Assembly (NCBI GenBank): GCA_964016885.1
Contig: OZ024759.1
Span: 19,716,001-19,780,000, forward strand
DNA length: 64,000 nt
Direction of reading: 5' to 3'
Origin: Eledone cirrhosa
Taxonomy: Eukaryota
This document shows, piece after piece, positions 38,331-52,676 of the stretch (its first letter is position 1; each line of letters begins with the position of its first letter). The notes below the pieces were generated by a model. That model saw only the letters and a list, made by a program, of their open reading frames with translations. It did not search any database and was not told the origin of the DNA. The position numbers and the translations under genes are program-made.

Positions 38331-38850
38331 ATATTGTTATACTTTGGGAGGGTCATGTTGCCAATAAGAAACACACGCACCAGTTGCTTTCACTTCAATT
38401 TATTATAATAAATTTATAATAAATTTATAAATTTATAAATTTCTGGTTGGTTGGTTGGTTCCACAACCAGATAGTTGTTTCTATATTGTCATAGTTCTTT
38501 CGTCACACACTCTGTGACCTCTTCAGTGACTGGGGATTCCTTTCTTTGTTTCTGTGCCTCTCCTTTGTTCTGTCCTACGCCATTTTGTTTCTGTGTGTGT
38601 GTTGTGTGCTCAGTCTGCGCATGCGCCACATCCGGGTGTCTGTGTGTGTTTATGTTCATTTATTTATTTGTTTATTTACATGTTACTGGTTGGTTGTTTG
38701 TTCTATGTGTGTGTGTGTTTTCATTTTGTCCTTAATTGTAAGTTGTGGTGTTGCTGTTCCACTCATATTTTCTATAATAAATTGAAGTGAAAGCAACTGG
38801 TGCGTGTGTTTCTTATTGGCAATATGACCCTCCCAAAGTATAACAATATA
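38331..38850. repeat. inverted repeat, ~77-bp arms around a ~360-bp spacer; a third partial copy with its own palindrome at about 38212-38298
   Basis: ATATTGTTATACTTTGGGAGGGTCA..TTCAATTTATTATA versus TATAATAAATTGAA..TGACCCTCCCAAAGTATAACAATAT. Confidence 0.85.
38488..38530 (-). ncRNA. minimal hammerhead ribozyme, one extra nucleotide after the core
   Basis: minus strand GTCA-CTGAAGA-G-GTCACA(gagtg)TGTGAC-GAAA-GAAC-TA-TGAC; helix III imperfect. Confidence 0.65.
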
Positions 38851-38869
38851 TATATATATATATATATTT

Positions 38870-38905
<36 letters not shown>

Positions 38906-39194
38906 TATAATTGAATATAAAAGAAAAATGAACACAGATATTTACATATATGTGTTCAAAATGCAAGGGACCAGAATTGCTAAGGTGAAAAGAATACTAA
39001 CTATAGACAATAGGGTTTGCTTGTCTCAATTTAAGAAAAAATCAAGAAAATAAATACAAACCGGAATTGTGGTAACTACCAATCACCCAGACAACTTTGG
39101 TATTGTTTTGAAAAATTAATTGTGAATAGAATTACCAATTCTTGCTCAGCAGTGGGTGATGAATTAATATCCTAGACACTTCTAAGTATATTAA

Positions 39195-39795
39195 TAATAT
39201 AATTATGAAATTATTGTGTAAAGTGCTCAGGTGCACTACAACTCATCAAAGGTGCATGTATAGTACATAGAATAATTGTTTCTACGTTAGGCACAAGGCC
39301 AGCAATTACCCAGTGTATTACTGGTACTTTATTTTATCGACCCCGTAAGGATGAAAGGCAAAGTTAACCTCGTACATAGAATAATATACAAATGTCAGGG
39401 AAGTGAATAGTGTATGAGTCATGATATACATGTGTGTATGTGTATGGAGGGGGAACATTAGGTGTAGTGTTGGCGAATCTCGGGAAGCAAGGAGGTTTTA
39501 AAGGATGCAGTGTCTCGACAGCTAACAACTGATGCCGGGAGTTTGTTCCATGCTTCAGCAACTCTGAGCGTGTAAAAATGTTTCCGAAAGTCATGGGAAC
39601 TCTGCTGTTTTCTAACCTTGTGGACATGTCCACGTGTGTTAGATTGGAAATCAAAAAGGTACTCAGGGTTGTTGTTGGCAAGATGGTTAATAATTTTGTG
39701 GGTGTTTACCAAGTCAATTGCCAGGCGTCGGAGCTTCAATGTATCCATGCCCAGGGAAGCAAGGCGTTCAGAGTATGGTAGAGGGTTCGATAAGG
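39195..39795 (-). mobile_element. CR1-clade LINE 3' fragment with a nested SINE B (39277-39371)
   Basis: ORF 39458-39832 YSERLASLGMDTLKLRRLAIDL..TRGH..WNKLP; SINE TSD GTACATAGAATAAT at 39263-39276 and 39372-39385. Confidence 0.9.
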
Positions 39796-40095
39796 ATAAA
39801 TATATATCAAATATATAAGAACCGTAGAGCAAATATTTATACCATAAACGTGGTTCTGTCCTTGCATGTAATTGTTTTTCACCGCTCCAAATAATGACAT
39901 ATTATATTCGTTTTTTCCCGTTCTTTGTCAGGAAACGTTTCCACGAACCAAAGTATCGTCTTCCTGTCTTCCTCCGGTTGCAACGTTTTTTGAAATATTC
40001 ATTTCTGCGTTTACAGATTGACTTTGTTAGTTTCAGAAGATCCCGTTAAGGGTGAAAGCAGCGATTCTTTGCTTAAACTTTAATCTGTTATTTTA

Positions 40096-40146
<51 letters not shown>

Positions 40147-40635
40147 TTTTAACTTTAATTTTATCTCATAAAATAATACAATTGGCTTTCCACATAATAC
40201 ATATAGTTAGCACCCCAAACACTTAAATTAGGTTTATACTAACCTATAACCTAATGTTTGTTGAGTGAGATGGTTACCAGTCAGAGTTTAGCATTAAGCT
40301 ATCTCTGTTATTGTATTAAATATATATATATATATATATAATATGAGAAAAATCAAGGAGACAATATGGAAGAAAAATACAATGATGATATATAATAGTT
40401 TGTTTGATACAAACTATCTTTATACCACCACACGAGCACTCAGTTCTTTATATTAATATATATTATCACTATTTAATATCCATTTGATATTTAATGTTCA
40501 GTTTTATAACATGACAGGCTTTTTACAGCTAGATGCCTTTGTCAATGTCAACCACTTTACAGCATGTATAGGGAGCATTTTATCATGACTCTGGCACTAC
40601 CATCTTACCTTGTGTATACATATATATATATATAT

Positions 40636-40836
40636 AACGAAGGAAATGTGGTAAGGAACCAGATGGACCATAACGCACCAAAGTACTCAATACTTAGGGT
40701 AGTAGAGTGGATAATAGGAACAAATATGACCCTGACGGCTGAGCTCAAGCCGTTTTGACGGCTAATTCTGGCCTAAAATCAGAATTAGCCGTCGAAACGG
40801 CTTGAGCTCAGCCGTCGGGGTCCTACTTGTTCCTAT
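40636..40836. repeat. (TA)n-flanked fold-back element, 57-bp arms (40714-40770 / 40780-40836), containing the 3' half of a hammerhead
   Basis: ..CAGAATTAGCCGTC-GAAA-CGGCT(tgagctc)AGCCG-TC-GGGG; related remnant at about 13960-14020; GTACTCAATAC motif shared with the 56309 element. Confidence 0.75.
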
Positions 40837-40861
40837 ATATATATATGTATATATATATATA

Positions 40862-40940
40862 TTGGGTTGTCAAGAATGAAATTTGTAGAAATATGTAAAA
40901 AAAAAAAAACAATTCCTACAAATTTCATACGTGACGACCC
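40862..40940. mobile_element. tiny TIR element in (TA)n (Tc1/mariner-type MITE candidate)
   Basis: GGGTTGTCAAGAATGAAATTTGTAG / CTACAAATTTCATACGTGACGACCC. Confidence 0.5.
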
Positions 40941-40952
40941 TATATATATATA

Positions 40953-41190
40953 TCATCATCATCAACATCATTTTATGTCCGCTTTTCCCTGCTTGCAAGG
41001 GTGGGACGGGAACTGATTCTGACTTGATTTCTACAGCTGGATGCTCTTCCTAACACCAACCTTATTTATAGTGAGTGCTGGGTGCTTTTTTTCTGTGGCG
41101 CCTACACGTCCACTTTACAGTGTGGGCTGGGTGCTTTTTTTCTGTGGTGTCTACACGTCCACTTTAAGGTGTGGGCTGGGTGCTTTTTTG
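40953..41190 (-). mobile_element. SINE family A 3' part with a triplicated ~47-bp module
   Basis: GCTGGGTGCTTTTTT occurs three times; RTE tail. Confidence 0.8.
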
Positions 41191-41459
41191 CTCAAGAAAA
41201 ATATTTTGTGTTGTTCACTTTCTAATTATATATATCGACAGTCGATCAACTGTCGTCAAATCGGACTGAGGAAACAATGTTTCCATTGGTCTTTCCAATT
41301 GCTAATTATATCTATCAGTCGCAACTCTAGGTAGAAGGAGCAACGTGAAATAAAGTGCTTTGCTCAAGGACATAACACATTGCCTGGTCCAGGAATCAAA
41401 CTCACAACTTCACAATTGCGAATCCAATTCTCTAACCACTCAGTCACGCCCCTTCACAT

Positions 41460-41492
<33 letters not shown>

Positions 41493-41763
41493 GGAGAATT
41501 ATAGTATTATTCAGTTTCTGTTAGAGTAATCAATTAATTTGATTATGCAACAAGTATCTGAGGCCACTTACAATCATGTTTTACTCAACAGTAGAATTAT
41601 TTCATTTGGTAAGTTCTTTAGTAGTTCCACTAAAGGTACCAAGTTTAACAATTTATGGACTATATAACACTAGTGCTATGTTATAAATGTTATTCCCACT
41701 CTTCTGGATTGCGCTGTTTTAAATAATAATTTTGTAAATTATATATATATATAACACATATAT

Positions 41764-42215
41764 TTAACCCTTTAGCATTTACATTACTCTATATTTACTA
41801 TTGTATTTTTGTCGTAAAGGCTTTACCTCACATAATATCTCATATAATATCGAATCTATGAGATTTTGAAAGTATTCATTTTGAGAACAATACCTTAACA
41901 TCAGTTTGAGAGACCAGTTACAGCCAGTTTCAACAGAAAGAGGTAGAGAATTCTGGCTGGTTTTGGCTGATTTGAACATTAAAGCGTTAACCCTTTAGCA
42001 TTTACATTACTCTATATTTACTATTGTATTTTCACAGTAAAGGCTTTGTCTTTCATAATTATCTCACATAATATCGAATCTATAAGATTTTGATATTATT
42101 TATTTTGAGAACAATACCCTAATATCAGTATGAATGGCCAGTTACAGCTGGTTTGAACAGAAAGAGGTGAAATAATTCTGGCCGGATATGGCTGGTTTAA
42201 ATGCTAAAGGATTAA
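41764..42215 (+). mobile_element. two tandem TTAA MITE copies
   Basis: TTAACCCTTTAGCATTTACATTACTCTAT at about 41764 and 41987. Confidence 0.8.
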
Positions 42216-42316
42216 ACATAAGCCTAGATACATATATGAGTGTAGCCCGCCTTCAGCAATGTGGTTCAATGAATGAATGAATTAAATAAATAATTATTAA
42301 TCAGACGAATATAAAA

Positions 42317-42560
42317 TTATAAATTTGAAGAACAGTTAGATAAAATTTACCAAAAATTTCTTCTTAGTCCGAAGAAATGAACTAGATAAATAATCAATTA
42401 AATGGAGCTAAGTTTAAAATGTAGATTTGAAGAAATAATAGATAAATGTTTACCAATATTTTAAACTTAGCTTCATTTAATTGATTATTTATTCAGTCAA
42501 TTTCTCTGGACTAAGAAAAGTTATGTAAATTTTATCTGCCTGTTCTTCAAACTTATAATT
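42317..42560. repeat. diverged AT-rich inverted repeat, ~105-bp arms
   Basis: ATTATAAATTTGAAGAACAG..AGCTAAGTTTAAAAT / ATTTTAAACTTAGCT..CTGTTCTTCAAACTTATAAT. Confidence 0.75.
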
Positions 42561-42571
42561 CTCTCTCTCTC

Positions 42572-42636
<65 letters not shown>

Positions 42637-42972
42637 TCATCATCATCATCGTTTAATGTCTATCTTCCACGCTAGCATGGGATATATATATATATAAACA
42701 ATGAGTTAAAGACTTAGTTGATATGTAATCAACTGACTTATGTGTATAACAGATACGAAGCACTCAACAGTTAATATTTATGTGGAATATATCATGAATA
42801 ATTATACATCTTATATGTATTTTATAAGATGAGGGCATGCTCTGATTTATGTTACACATACATTTTTTGCATCCCCGAAATATATATAATGAAATAAATA
42901 GTGATGATATAAAGTATATATTTTTTGTTTATTACTATTGTTATAATATATATATATATATATATATGGTAT

Positions 42973-45731
42973 GTCTGATATGGCTATGATAGCATAGTCT
43001 AGCAGAGCAGGTCAGATCTAGAGTCTCTGATATGGCTATGATAGGATAGTCTAGCAGAACAGGCCAGATCTAGAGTCTCTGATATGGCTGTGATAGGATA
43101 GTCTAGCAGAACAGGTCAGATCTAGAGTCTCTGATATGGCTGTGATAGGATAGTCTAGCAGAACAGGTCAGATCTAGAGTCTCTGATATGGCTGTGATAG
43201 GATAGTCTAGCAGAACAGGTCAGATCTAGAGTCTCTGATATGGCTGTCATAGGAATGTCTAGCAGAACAGGTCAGATCTAGAGTCTCTGATATGGCTATG
43301 ATAGGATAGTCTAGCAGAACAGGTCAGATCTAGAGTCTCTGATATGGCTATCATAGGATAGTCTAGCAGAACAGGTCAGATCTAAAGTCTCTGATATGGC
43401 TGTCATAGGATAGTCTAGTAGAACAGGTCAGATCTAGAGTCTCTGATATGGCTGTCATAGGATAGTCTAGCAGAACAGGTCAGATCTAGAGTCTCTGATA
43501 TGGCTATCATAGTATAGTCTAGCAGAACAGGTCAGATCTAGAGTCTCTGATATGGCTGTCATAGGATAGTCTAGTAGAACAGGTCAGATCTAGAGTCTCT
43601 GATATGGCTGTCATAGGATAGTCTAGCAGAACAGGTCAGATCTAGAGTCTCTGATATGGCTGTCATGGGATAGTCTAGCAGAACAGGTCAGATCTAGAGT
43701 CTCTGATATGGCTATCATGGGATAGTCTAGCAGAACAGGTCAGATCTAGAGTCTCTGATATGGCTATCATGGGATAGTCTAGCAGAACAGGTCAGATCTA
43801 GAGTCTCTGATATGGCTATCATGGGATAGTCTAGCAGAACAGGTCAGATCTAGAGTCTCTGATATGGCTGTCATAGGATAGTCTGACAGAACAGGTCAGA
43901 TCTAGAGTCTCTGATATGGCTGTGATAGGATAGTCTAGCAGAACAGGTCAGATCTAGAGTCTCTGATATGGCTGTCATAGGATAGTCTAGCAGAACAGGT
44001 CAGATCTAGAGACTCTGATATGGCTGTCATAGGATAGTCTAGCAGAACAGGTCAGATCTAGAGTCTCTGATATGGCTGTCATAGGATAGTCTAGAACAGG
44101 TCAGATCTAGAGTCTCTGATATGGCTGTCATAGGATAGTCTAGAACAGGTCAGATCTAGAGTCTCTGATATGGCTGTCATAGGATAGTCTAGCAGAACAG
44201 GTCAGATCTAGAGTCTCTGATATGGCTGTGATAGGATAGTCTAGTAGAACAGGTCAGATCTAGAGTCTCTGATATGGCTGTCATAGGATAGTCTAGCAGA
44301 ACAGGTCAGATCTAGAGTCTCTGATATGGCTGTCATAGGATAGTCTAGCAGAACAGGTTAGATCTAGAGTCTCTGATATGGCTGTCATAGGATAGTCTAG
44401 CAGAACAGGTCAGATCTAGAGACTCTGATATGGCTGTCATAGGATAGTCTAGCAGAACAGGTCAGATCTAAAGTATCTGATATGGCTGTCATAGGATAGT
44501 CTAGAACAGGTCAGATCTAGAGTCTCTGATATGGCTGTCATAGGATAGTCTAGCAGAACAGGTCAGATCTAGAGTCTCTGATATGGCTGTCATAGGATAG
44601 TCTAGCAGAACAGGTCAGATCTAGAGACTCTGATATGGCTGTCATAGGATAGTCTAGCAGAACAGGTCAGATCTAGAGTCTCTGATATGGCTGTCATAGG
44701 ATAGTCTAGCAGAACAGGTCAGATCTAGAGTATCTGATATGGCTATCATGGGATAGTCTAGCAGAACAGGTCAGATCTAGAGTCTCTGATATGGCTGTCA
44801 TGGGATAGTCTAGCAGAACAGGTCAGATCTAGAGTCTCTGATATGGCTGTGATAGGATAGTCTAGCAGAACAGGTCAGATCTAGAGTCTCTGATATGGCT
44901 GTCATTGGATAGTCTAGCTTCTAGCAGAACAGGTCAGATCTAGAGTCTCTGATATGGCTGTCATAGGATAGTCTAGCAGAACAGGTCAGATCTAGAGTCT
45001 CTGATATGGCTATCATGGGATAGTCTAGCAGAACAGGTCAGATCTAGAGTCTCTGATATGGCTATCATGGGATAGTCTAGCAGAACAGGTCAGATCTAGA
45101 GTCTCTGATATGGCTGTCATAGGATAGTCTAGCAGAACAGGTCAGATCTAGAGTCTCTGATATGGCTGTGATAGGATAGTCTAGCAGAACAGGTTAGATC
45201 TAGAGTCTCTGATATGGCTGTCATAGGATAGTCTAGCAGAACAGGTCAGATCTAGAGTCTCTGATATGGCTGTCATTGGATAGTCTAGCAGAACAGGTCA
45301 GATCTAGAGTCTCTGATATGGCTGTCATGGGATAGTCTAGCAGAACAGGTCAGATCTAGAGTCTCTGATATGGCTGTCATGGGATAGTCTAGCAGAACAG
45401 GTCAGATCTAGAGTCTCTGATATGGCTGTGATAGGATAGTCTAGCAGAACAGGTCAGATCTAGAGTCTCTGATATGGCTATCATGGGATAGTCTAGCAGA
45501 ACAGGTCAGATCTAGAGCCTCTGATATGGCTGTGATAGGATAGTCTAGCAGAACAGGTCAGATCTAGAGTCTCTGGTATGGCTGTCATAGGATAGTCTAG
45601 CAGAACAGGTCAGATCTAGAGTCTCTGATATGGCTATCATGGGATAGTCTAGCAGAACAGGTCAGATCTAGAGTCTCTGATATGGCTGTCATTGGATAGT
45701 CTAGCTTCTAGCAGAACAGGTTAGATCTAGA
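42973..45731 (+). repeat. 52-bp minisatellite, about 53 copies
   Basis: unit GAGTCTCTGATATGGCTGTCATAGGATAGTCTAGCAGAACAGGTCAGATCTA. Confidence 0.95.
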
Positions 45732-45798
45732 AGAGTAAGCCTTGATAAAAATCCTCTTTGTCTCATAGTAAGCAGTAGCTCATGTGACGATCATCAGT

Positions 45799-46025
45799 TT
45801 AACCCTCTAGCATTTAAACCAGTCATATCCGGCCAGAATTCTCTCACCTCTTTCTGTTCAAACCGGCTGTAATTGGCCACTCATACTGATGTTAAAGTAT
45901 AGTTCTCAAAATAAATAATATCAAAATCTCATAGATTTAATATTATGAGATAATTATGTGAGGTAAAGCCTTTACCATGAAAATATAATAGTATATATAG
46001 AGTAATGTAGATGGTAAAGGGTTAA
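45799..46025 (-). mobile_element. complete TTAA MITE copy
   Basis: TTAA-CCCTCTAGCATTTA ... TAGATGGTAAAGGG-TTAA. Confidence 0.8.
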
Positions 46026-46334
46026 TTAGATGACCTCAGTGTTGTGAACATCAGTGGCTCGCAGATGATTAATTAATTCAACAATGGGTTGGTACAACTG
46101 CTCCAGTTAGGGGAGAAATCTATGAGATGCAGGTGTGGTGAGCTGCATATATATTCTAGCCATTAGAAAAAGCAAAAGAATGCTTCACATTCAATGGATG
46201 GCTGACTAATGTAAAGAATAACTTAGCAGTTTGGCAAGTAGATATCGATATAAGTACCATATTACATTCTTTGAAAGCCAATAGCTAACATGTAAAAATT
46301 TTCTCCACATCACACAATACCAGAATATTGCAGC

Positions 46335-48320
<1,986 letters not shown>

Positions 48321-48334
48321 ATATACTCAAAGTC

Positions 48335-48714
48335 AATGACACACGACCGTGACTTCTGGCGTCACGCAGTAATACAGGGTACCCGACCTCCCATGGGTAC
48401 ATGCTGAAGCATATAAACAATATGCCCCCCCCCCCCCCCCCACCGCAAGGTGGTCGTGGAGGTGCCACGGCAAAAAAAGCACCCAGCCCACACTGTAAAG
48501 TGGACGTGTAGGCGCCACGAAAAAGCACCCAGCACTCACTGTAAATGAGGTTGGTGTTAGGAAGGGGCATCCAGCTGTAGAAATCAAGCCAGATCAGTTC
48601 CTGTATGAGCAAGGCATGGTCAGCCGACCAGACACTGCCCACAACAGGACAACCCGTCTAACCCATGCTAGCGTGGAAGAACGGACGTAAAACGGTGATG
48701 ATGATGATGATGAT
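48335..48714 (+). mobile_element. RTE-end/SINE chimeric retroposon, third copy
   Basis: reverse complement of 7243-7620; (GAT)n tail. Confidence 0.85.
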
Positions 48715-48751
48715 ATATATACTTATTTATATATACTTATTTATATATACT

Positions 48752-48807
<56 letters not shown>

Positions 48808-48823
48808 CTTATATATATAAACT

Positions 48824-48855
<32 letters not shown>

Positions 48856-48965
48856 TATATATACTTATATATATATATATATATATATACTTATATATAT
48901 ATATACTTATATAAGTATATATATATATAAGTATATATATATATATATATATATAAGTATATATA

Positions 48966-49007
<42 letters not shown>

Positions 49008-49115
49008 CTTATATATATAAACTTATATATATATATATATATATAGTTATATATATACTTATATATATATATATATATACTTATATATATATATACTTAT
49101 ATATATATATAGTGA

Positions 49116-49171
<56 letters not shown>

Positions 49172-49597
49172 GCCAGCTCTATCTTGATATTAGAGATCCC
49201 AATACACCTTGAATGTGTTATCCATCCACTTTCTGCATTTCCCTTCCCCCCCCCCCCCCCTCTTGTATCCCATCATCACCATCATCATCACTTTCATCAT
49301 CACCAACCATCATCGTAATTTCCACCATCCCCGCCACCATCACTGTCACCATCTTCATCATCATCGTCATCATCATCATCATCAAAGTAATCACTATTAT
49401 CACCATGCCACAAAGACTCTCCTTGCACCCTCCCCCCCTCTCTACCCCCCCCCCCCCCCCCCCCCTCTACCCCTCCTCCCCCGCCTCGCTATCCCCCTCC
49501 CCACCCTTCCCCCTCCTCCGCTAAGATATATTGGATCTGTGAAGTTACAGTCATTCTGATTCTGTAAATCGTTTCATGATGTTGAGTGATAACAATT

Positions 49598-50698
49598 GTG
49601 GTGGTGGTGGTGGTGGTGGTGGTGGTGGTGGTGGTGGTGGTGGTGGTGGTGGTGGGTGGTGGTGGTGGTGGTGGTGGTGGTGGATGGTGGTGGTGGTGGT
49701 GGTGGTGGTGGTGGTGGTGGTGGGTGGTGGTGGTGGTGGTGGTGGGTGGTGGTGGTGATGGTGGTGGTGGGTGGTGGTGGTGGTGGTGGTGGTGGTGGTG
49801 GTGGTGGTGGTGGTCGTGGTGGTGGTGGTGGTGGTGGTGGTGGTGGGTGGTGGTGGTGATGGTGGTGGTGGGTGGTGGTGGTGGTGGTGGTCGTGGGTGG
49901 TGGTGGTGGTGGTGGTGGTGGTGATGGTGGTGGTGGGTGGTGGTGGTGGTGGTGGTGGTGGTGGTGGTGGTGGTGGGTGGTGGTGGTGGGTGGTGGTGGT
50001 GGTGGTGATGGTGGTGGTGGTGGTGGTGGTGGATGGTGGTGGTGGTGGTGGTGGTGGTGGTGGTGGGTGGTGGTGGTGGTGGTGGTGGTGGTGGTGGTGG
50101 TGGTGGTGGTGGTGGTGGTGGTGGTGGGTGGTGGTGGTGGTGGTGGTGGTGGTGGGTGGTGGTGGTGGTGGTGGGTGGTGGTGGTGGTGGTGGTGGTGGT
50201 GGTGGATGGTGGTGGTGGTGGTGGTGGTGGTGGTGGTGGGTGGTGGTGGTGGTGGTGGTGGTGGTGGTGGTGGTGGTGGTGGTGGTGGTGGTGGTGGTTG
50301 GTGGTGGTGGTGGTATTGGTGGTGGTGGTGGTGGTGGTGGTGATGGTGGTGGTTGGTGGTGGTGGTGGTGGATGGTGGTGGTGTTGGTGGTGGTGTTGGT
50401 GGTGGTTGTGATGATGGTGGTGGTGGTGGTGGTGGTGGTGGTGGTGGTGGTTGTGATGGTGGTGGTGGTGGTGTTGGTGGTGGTTGTGATGATGATGGTG
50501 GTGGTGGTGGTGGTGATGGTTGTGGTGGTGGTGGTGGTGGTGGTGGTTGTTGTTGTTATAGTGGTGGTGGTGATGGTGGTGGTGATGGTGGTTGTTGTTG
50601 TTATAGTGGTGGTGGAGATGGTGGTGGTGGTGGTGGTTGTGGTGGTGGGGGTGGTGGAAGTGGTGGTTGTGATGATGATGGTGGTGGTGGTGGCGGTC
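49598..50698. repeat. (GGT)n tract with frequent single-base phase shifts
   Basis: visible directly. Confidence 0.95.
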
Positions 50699-50717
50699 AT
50701 ATATATATATATATATA

Positions 50718-51058
50718 TGGAGGCACATGGCTTAGTGGTTAGAGCATTGGCCTTGCAATCGAAAGGTTGTGAGTTCAATTCTCAGACCGGGTGATGTGTT
50801 GTTTCCTTGAGCAAGACACTTTATTTCACATTGCTCCAGTTTACTCAGCTGTAGAAATGAGATGATAGGGACTGGGGTCCATATCATTCCACTGCAAAGT
50901 GGTCGTGGAGGTGCCACGGCAAAAAAGCACCCAGCCCACACTGTAAATGAGGTTGGTGTTAGGAAGGGCATCCAGCTGTAGAAATCAAGCCAGAATCAGT
51001 TCCCGTCCCACCCTTGCAAGCAGGGAAAAGTGGACGTAAAACGATGATGATGATGATA
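50718..51058 (+). mobile_element. full-length SINE family A: tRNA head, CORE-like domain, body, RTE-derived tail
   Basis: A box TGGCTTAGTGG, B box GAGTTCAATTC, TCCTTGAGCAAGACACTT, tail CCCGTCCCACCCTTGCAAGCAGGGAAAAG-T-GGACGTAAAA followed by (GAT)n. Confidence 0.9.
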
Positions 51059-51567
51059 TATATATACTATGATGTTGTCCAAGCAAATGCCCCAAAGACC
51101 AATAAACCTTGACAGCATAGTGGTGATGATGATGATGTTGATGATAATTGTAATAATGACGATGATGATGACTGTGATAATGATGATGATGATGATGATG
51201 ATGATGGTGACAATGACAATGATGATGATGGTGATGATGATGACAATAATGGTAATAGTTAAACAATGTTAACTCTCCACCAGAAAGAGTCAATAATTTA
51301 AACATTGACTTTCATTCTAATTTATTAACTTCTCTTCTTCTCACTTTTCATCTCTCTCTCTCTCTCTCTCTCCATTCAATCTCTCTTTCGCTCTCTCTCT
51401 CTCTCTCTCCATTCAATCTCTCTTTCGCTCTCTCTCTCTCTCTCTCTCTCTCCATTCAATCTCTCTTTTGTTCTCTCCTCTCTCTCCATTCAATCTCTCT
51501 TTCTCTCTCTCTCTCTCTCTCTCCATTCAATCTCTCTTTCGCTCTCTCTCTCTCATTTCTTTCCCCT

Positions 51568-52010
51568 CATTCAATCTCTCTCTCTCTTTCCCTCTCTCTG
51601 TCCTTCCCTCCATTCAATCTCTCTCTCTCTTTCCCTCTCTCTGTCCTTCCCTCCATTCAATCTCTCTCTCTCTTTCCCTCTCTCTGTCCTTCCCTCCATT
51701 CAATCTCTCTCTCTCTTTCCCTCTCTCTGTCCTTCCCTCCATTCAATCTCTCTCTCTCTTTCCCTCTCTCTGTCCTTCCCTCCATTCAATCTCTCTCTCT
51801 CTTTCCCTCTCTCTGTCCTTCCCTCCATTCAATCTCTCTCTCTCTTTCCCTCTCTCAGTCCTTCCCTCCATTCAATCTCTCTCTCTCTTTCCCTCTCTCA
51901 GTCCTTCCCTCCATTCAATCTCTCTCTCTCTTTCCCTCTCTCAGTCCTTCCCTCCATTCAATCTCTCTCTCTCTTTCCCTCTCTCTGTCTTTCCCTCCAT
52001 TCAATCTCTC
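51568..52010 (+). repeat. 43-bp pyrimidine-rich minisatellite, about 10 copies, in a (CT)n field
   Basis: CATTCAATCT at 51611, 51654, 51697 ... Confidence 0.9.
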
Positions 52011-52377
52011 TTTGTCTCTATCTTTGTCTCTATCTCTTTGTCTCTCATTCAATCCCTTTTTCCTTCCTTCCTTCTCTCTCTCTCTCTCTTACTCAATCCC
52101 TCTTTCCTTCTCTCTCCCTCTCTTTCAATTTCTCACTCCTTCTCTTTCCTTCTCATTCGATATTTCTCTCTCTCTTTCTCTTTCCACTCTCTTCCCCCCT
52201 CTCTTTCTTTCCCTCTCCTGCTCTCTCTCTTTCTAACTTTCTCCCATTTTCTCTTCCCACCCTATATATATATATATATATGTATATGTGTGTATATATG
52301 TATATGTGTGTATATATATATATATGTATATATATACATATATATATATATATATACATGTATATATATATACACAC

Positions 52378-52423
<46 letters not shown>

Positions 52424-52493
52424 ATATATATATATACACACATATATATATATATATATATATGTATCATCATCATCATCATGTATATGTGTG

Positions 52494-52532
<39 letters not shown>

Positions 52533-52616
52533 GAAAGACGTAAAATGTGTGTATATATGTATATGTGTGTATATATGTATATGTGTGTATATATATATAT
52601 ATGTATATATATACAA

Positions 52617-52676
<60 letters not shown>

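Noticed and set aside
42973-45731. Possible CRISPR array or tandem ribozyme array
   Set aside because: The variable part is a few substitutions, not unique spacers; no CUGANGA plus GAAA arrangement on either strand
50718-50790. tRNA gene from A/B boxes (also at 26650, 23200, 36215)
   Set aside because: Cloverleaf stems do not pair and the sequence continues into SINE bodies
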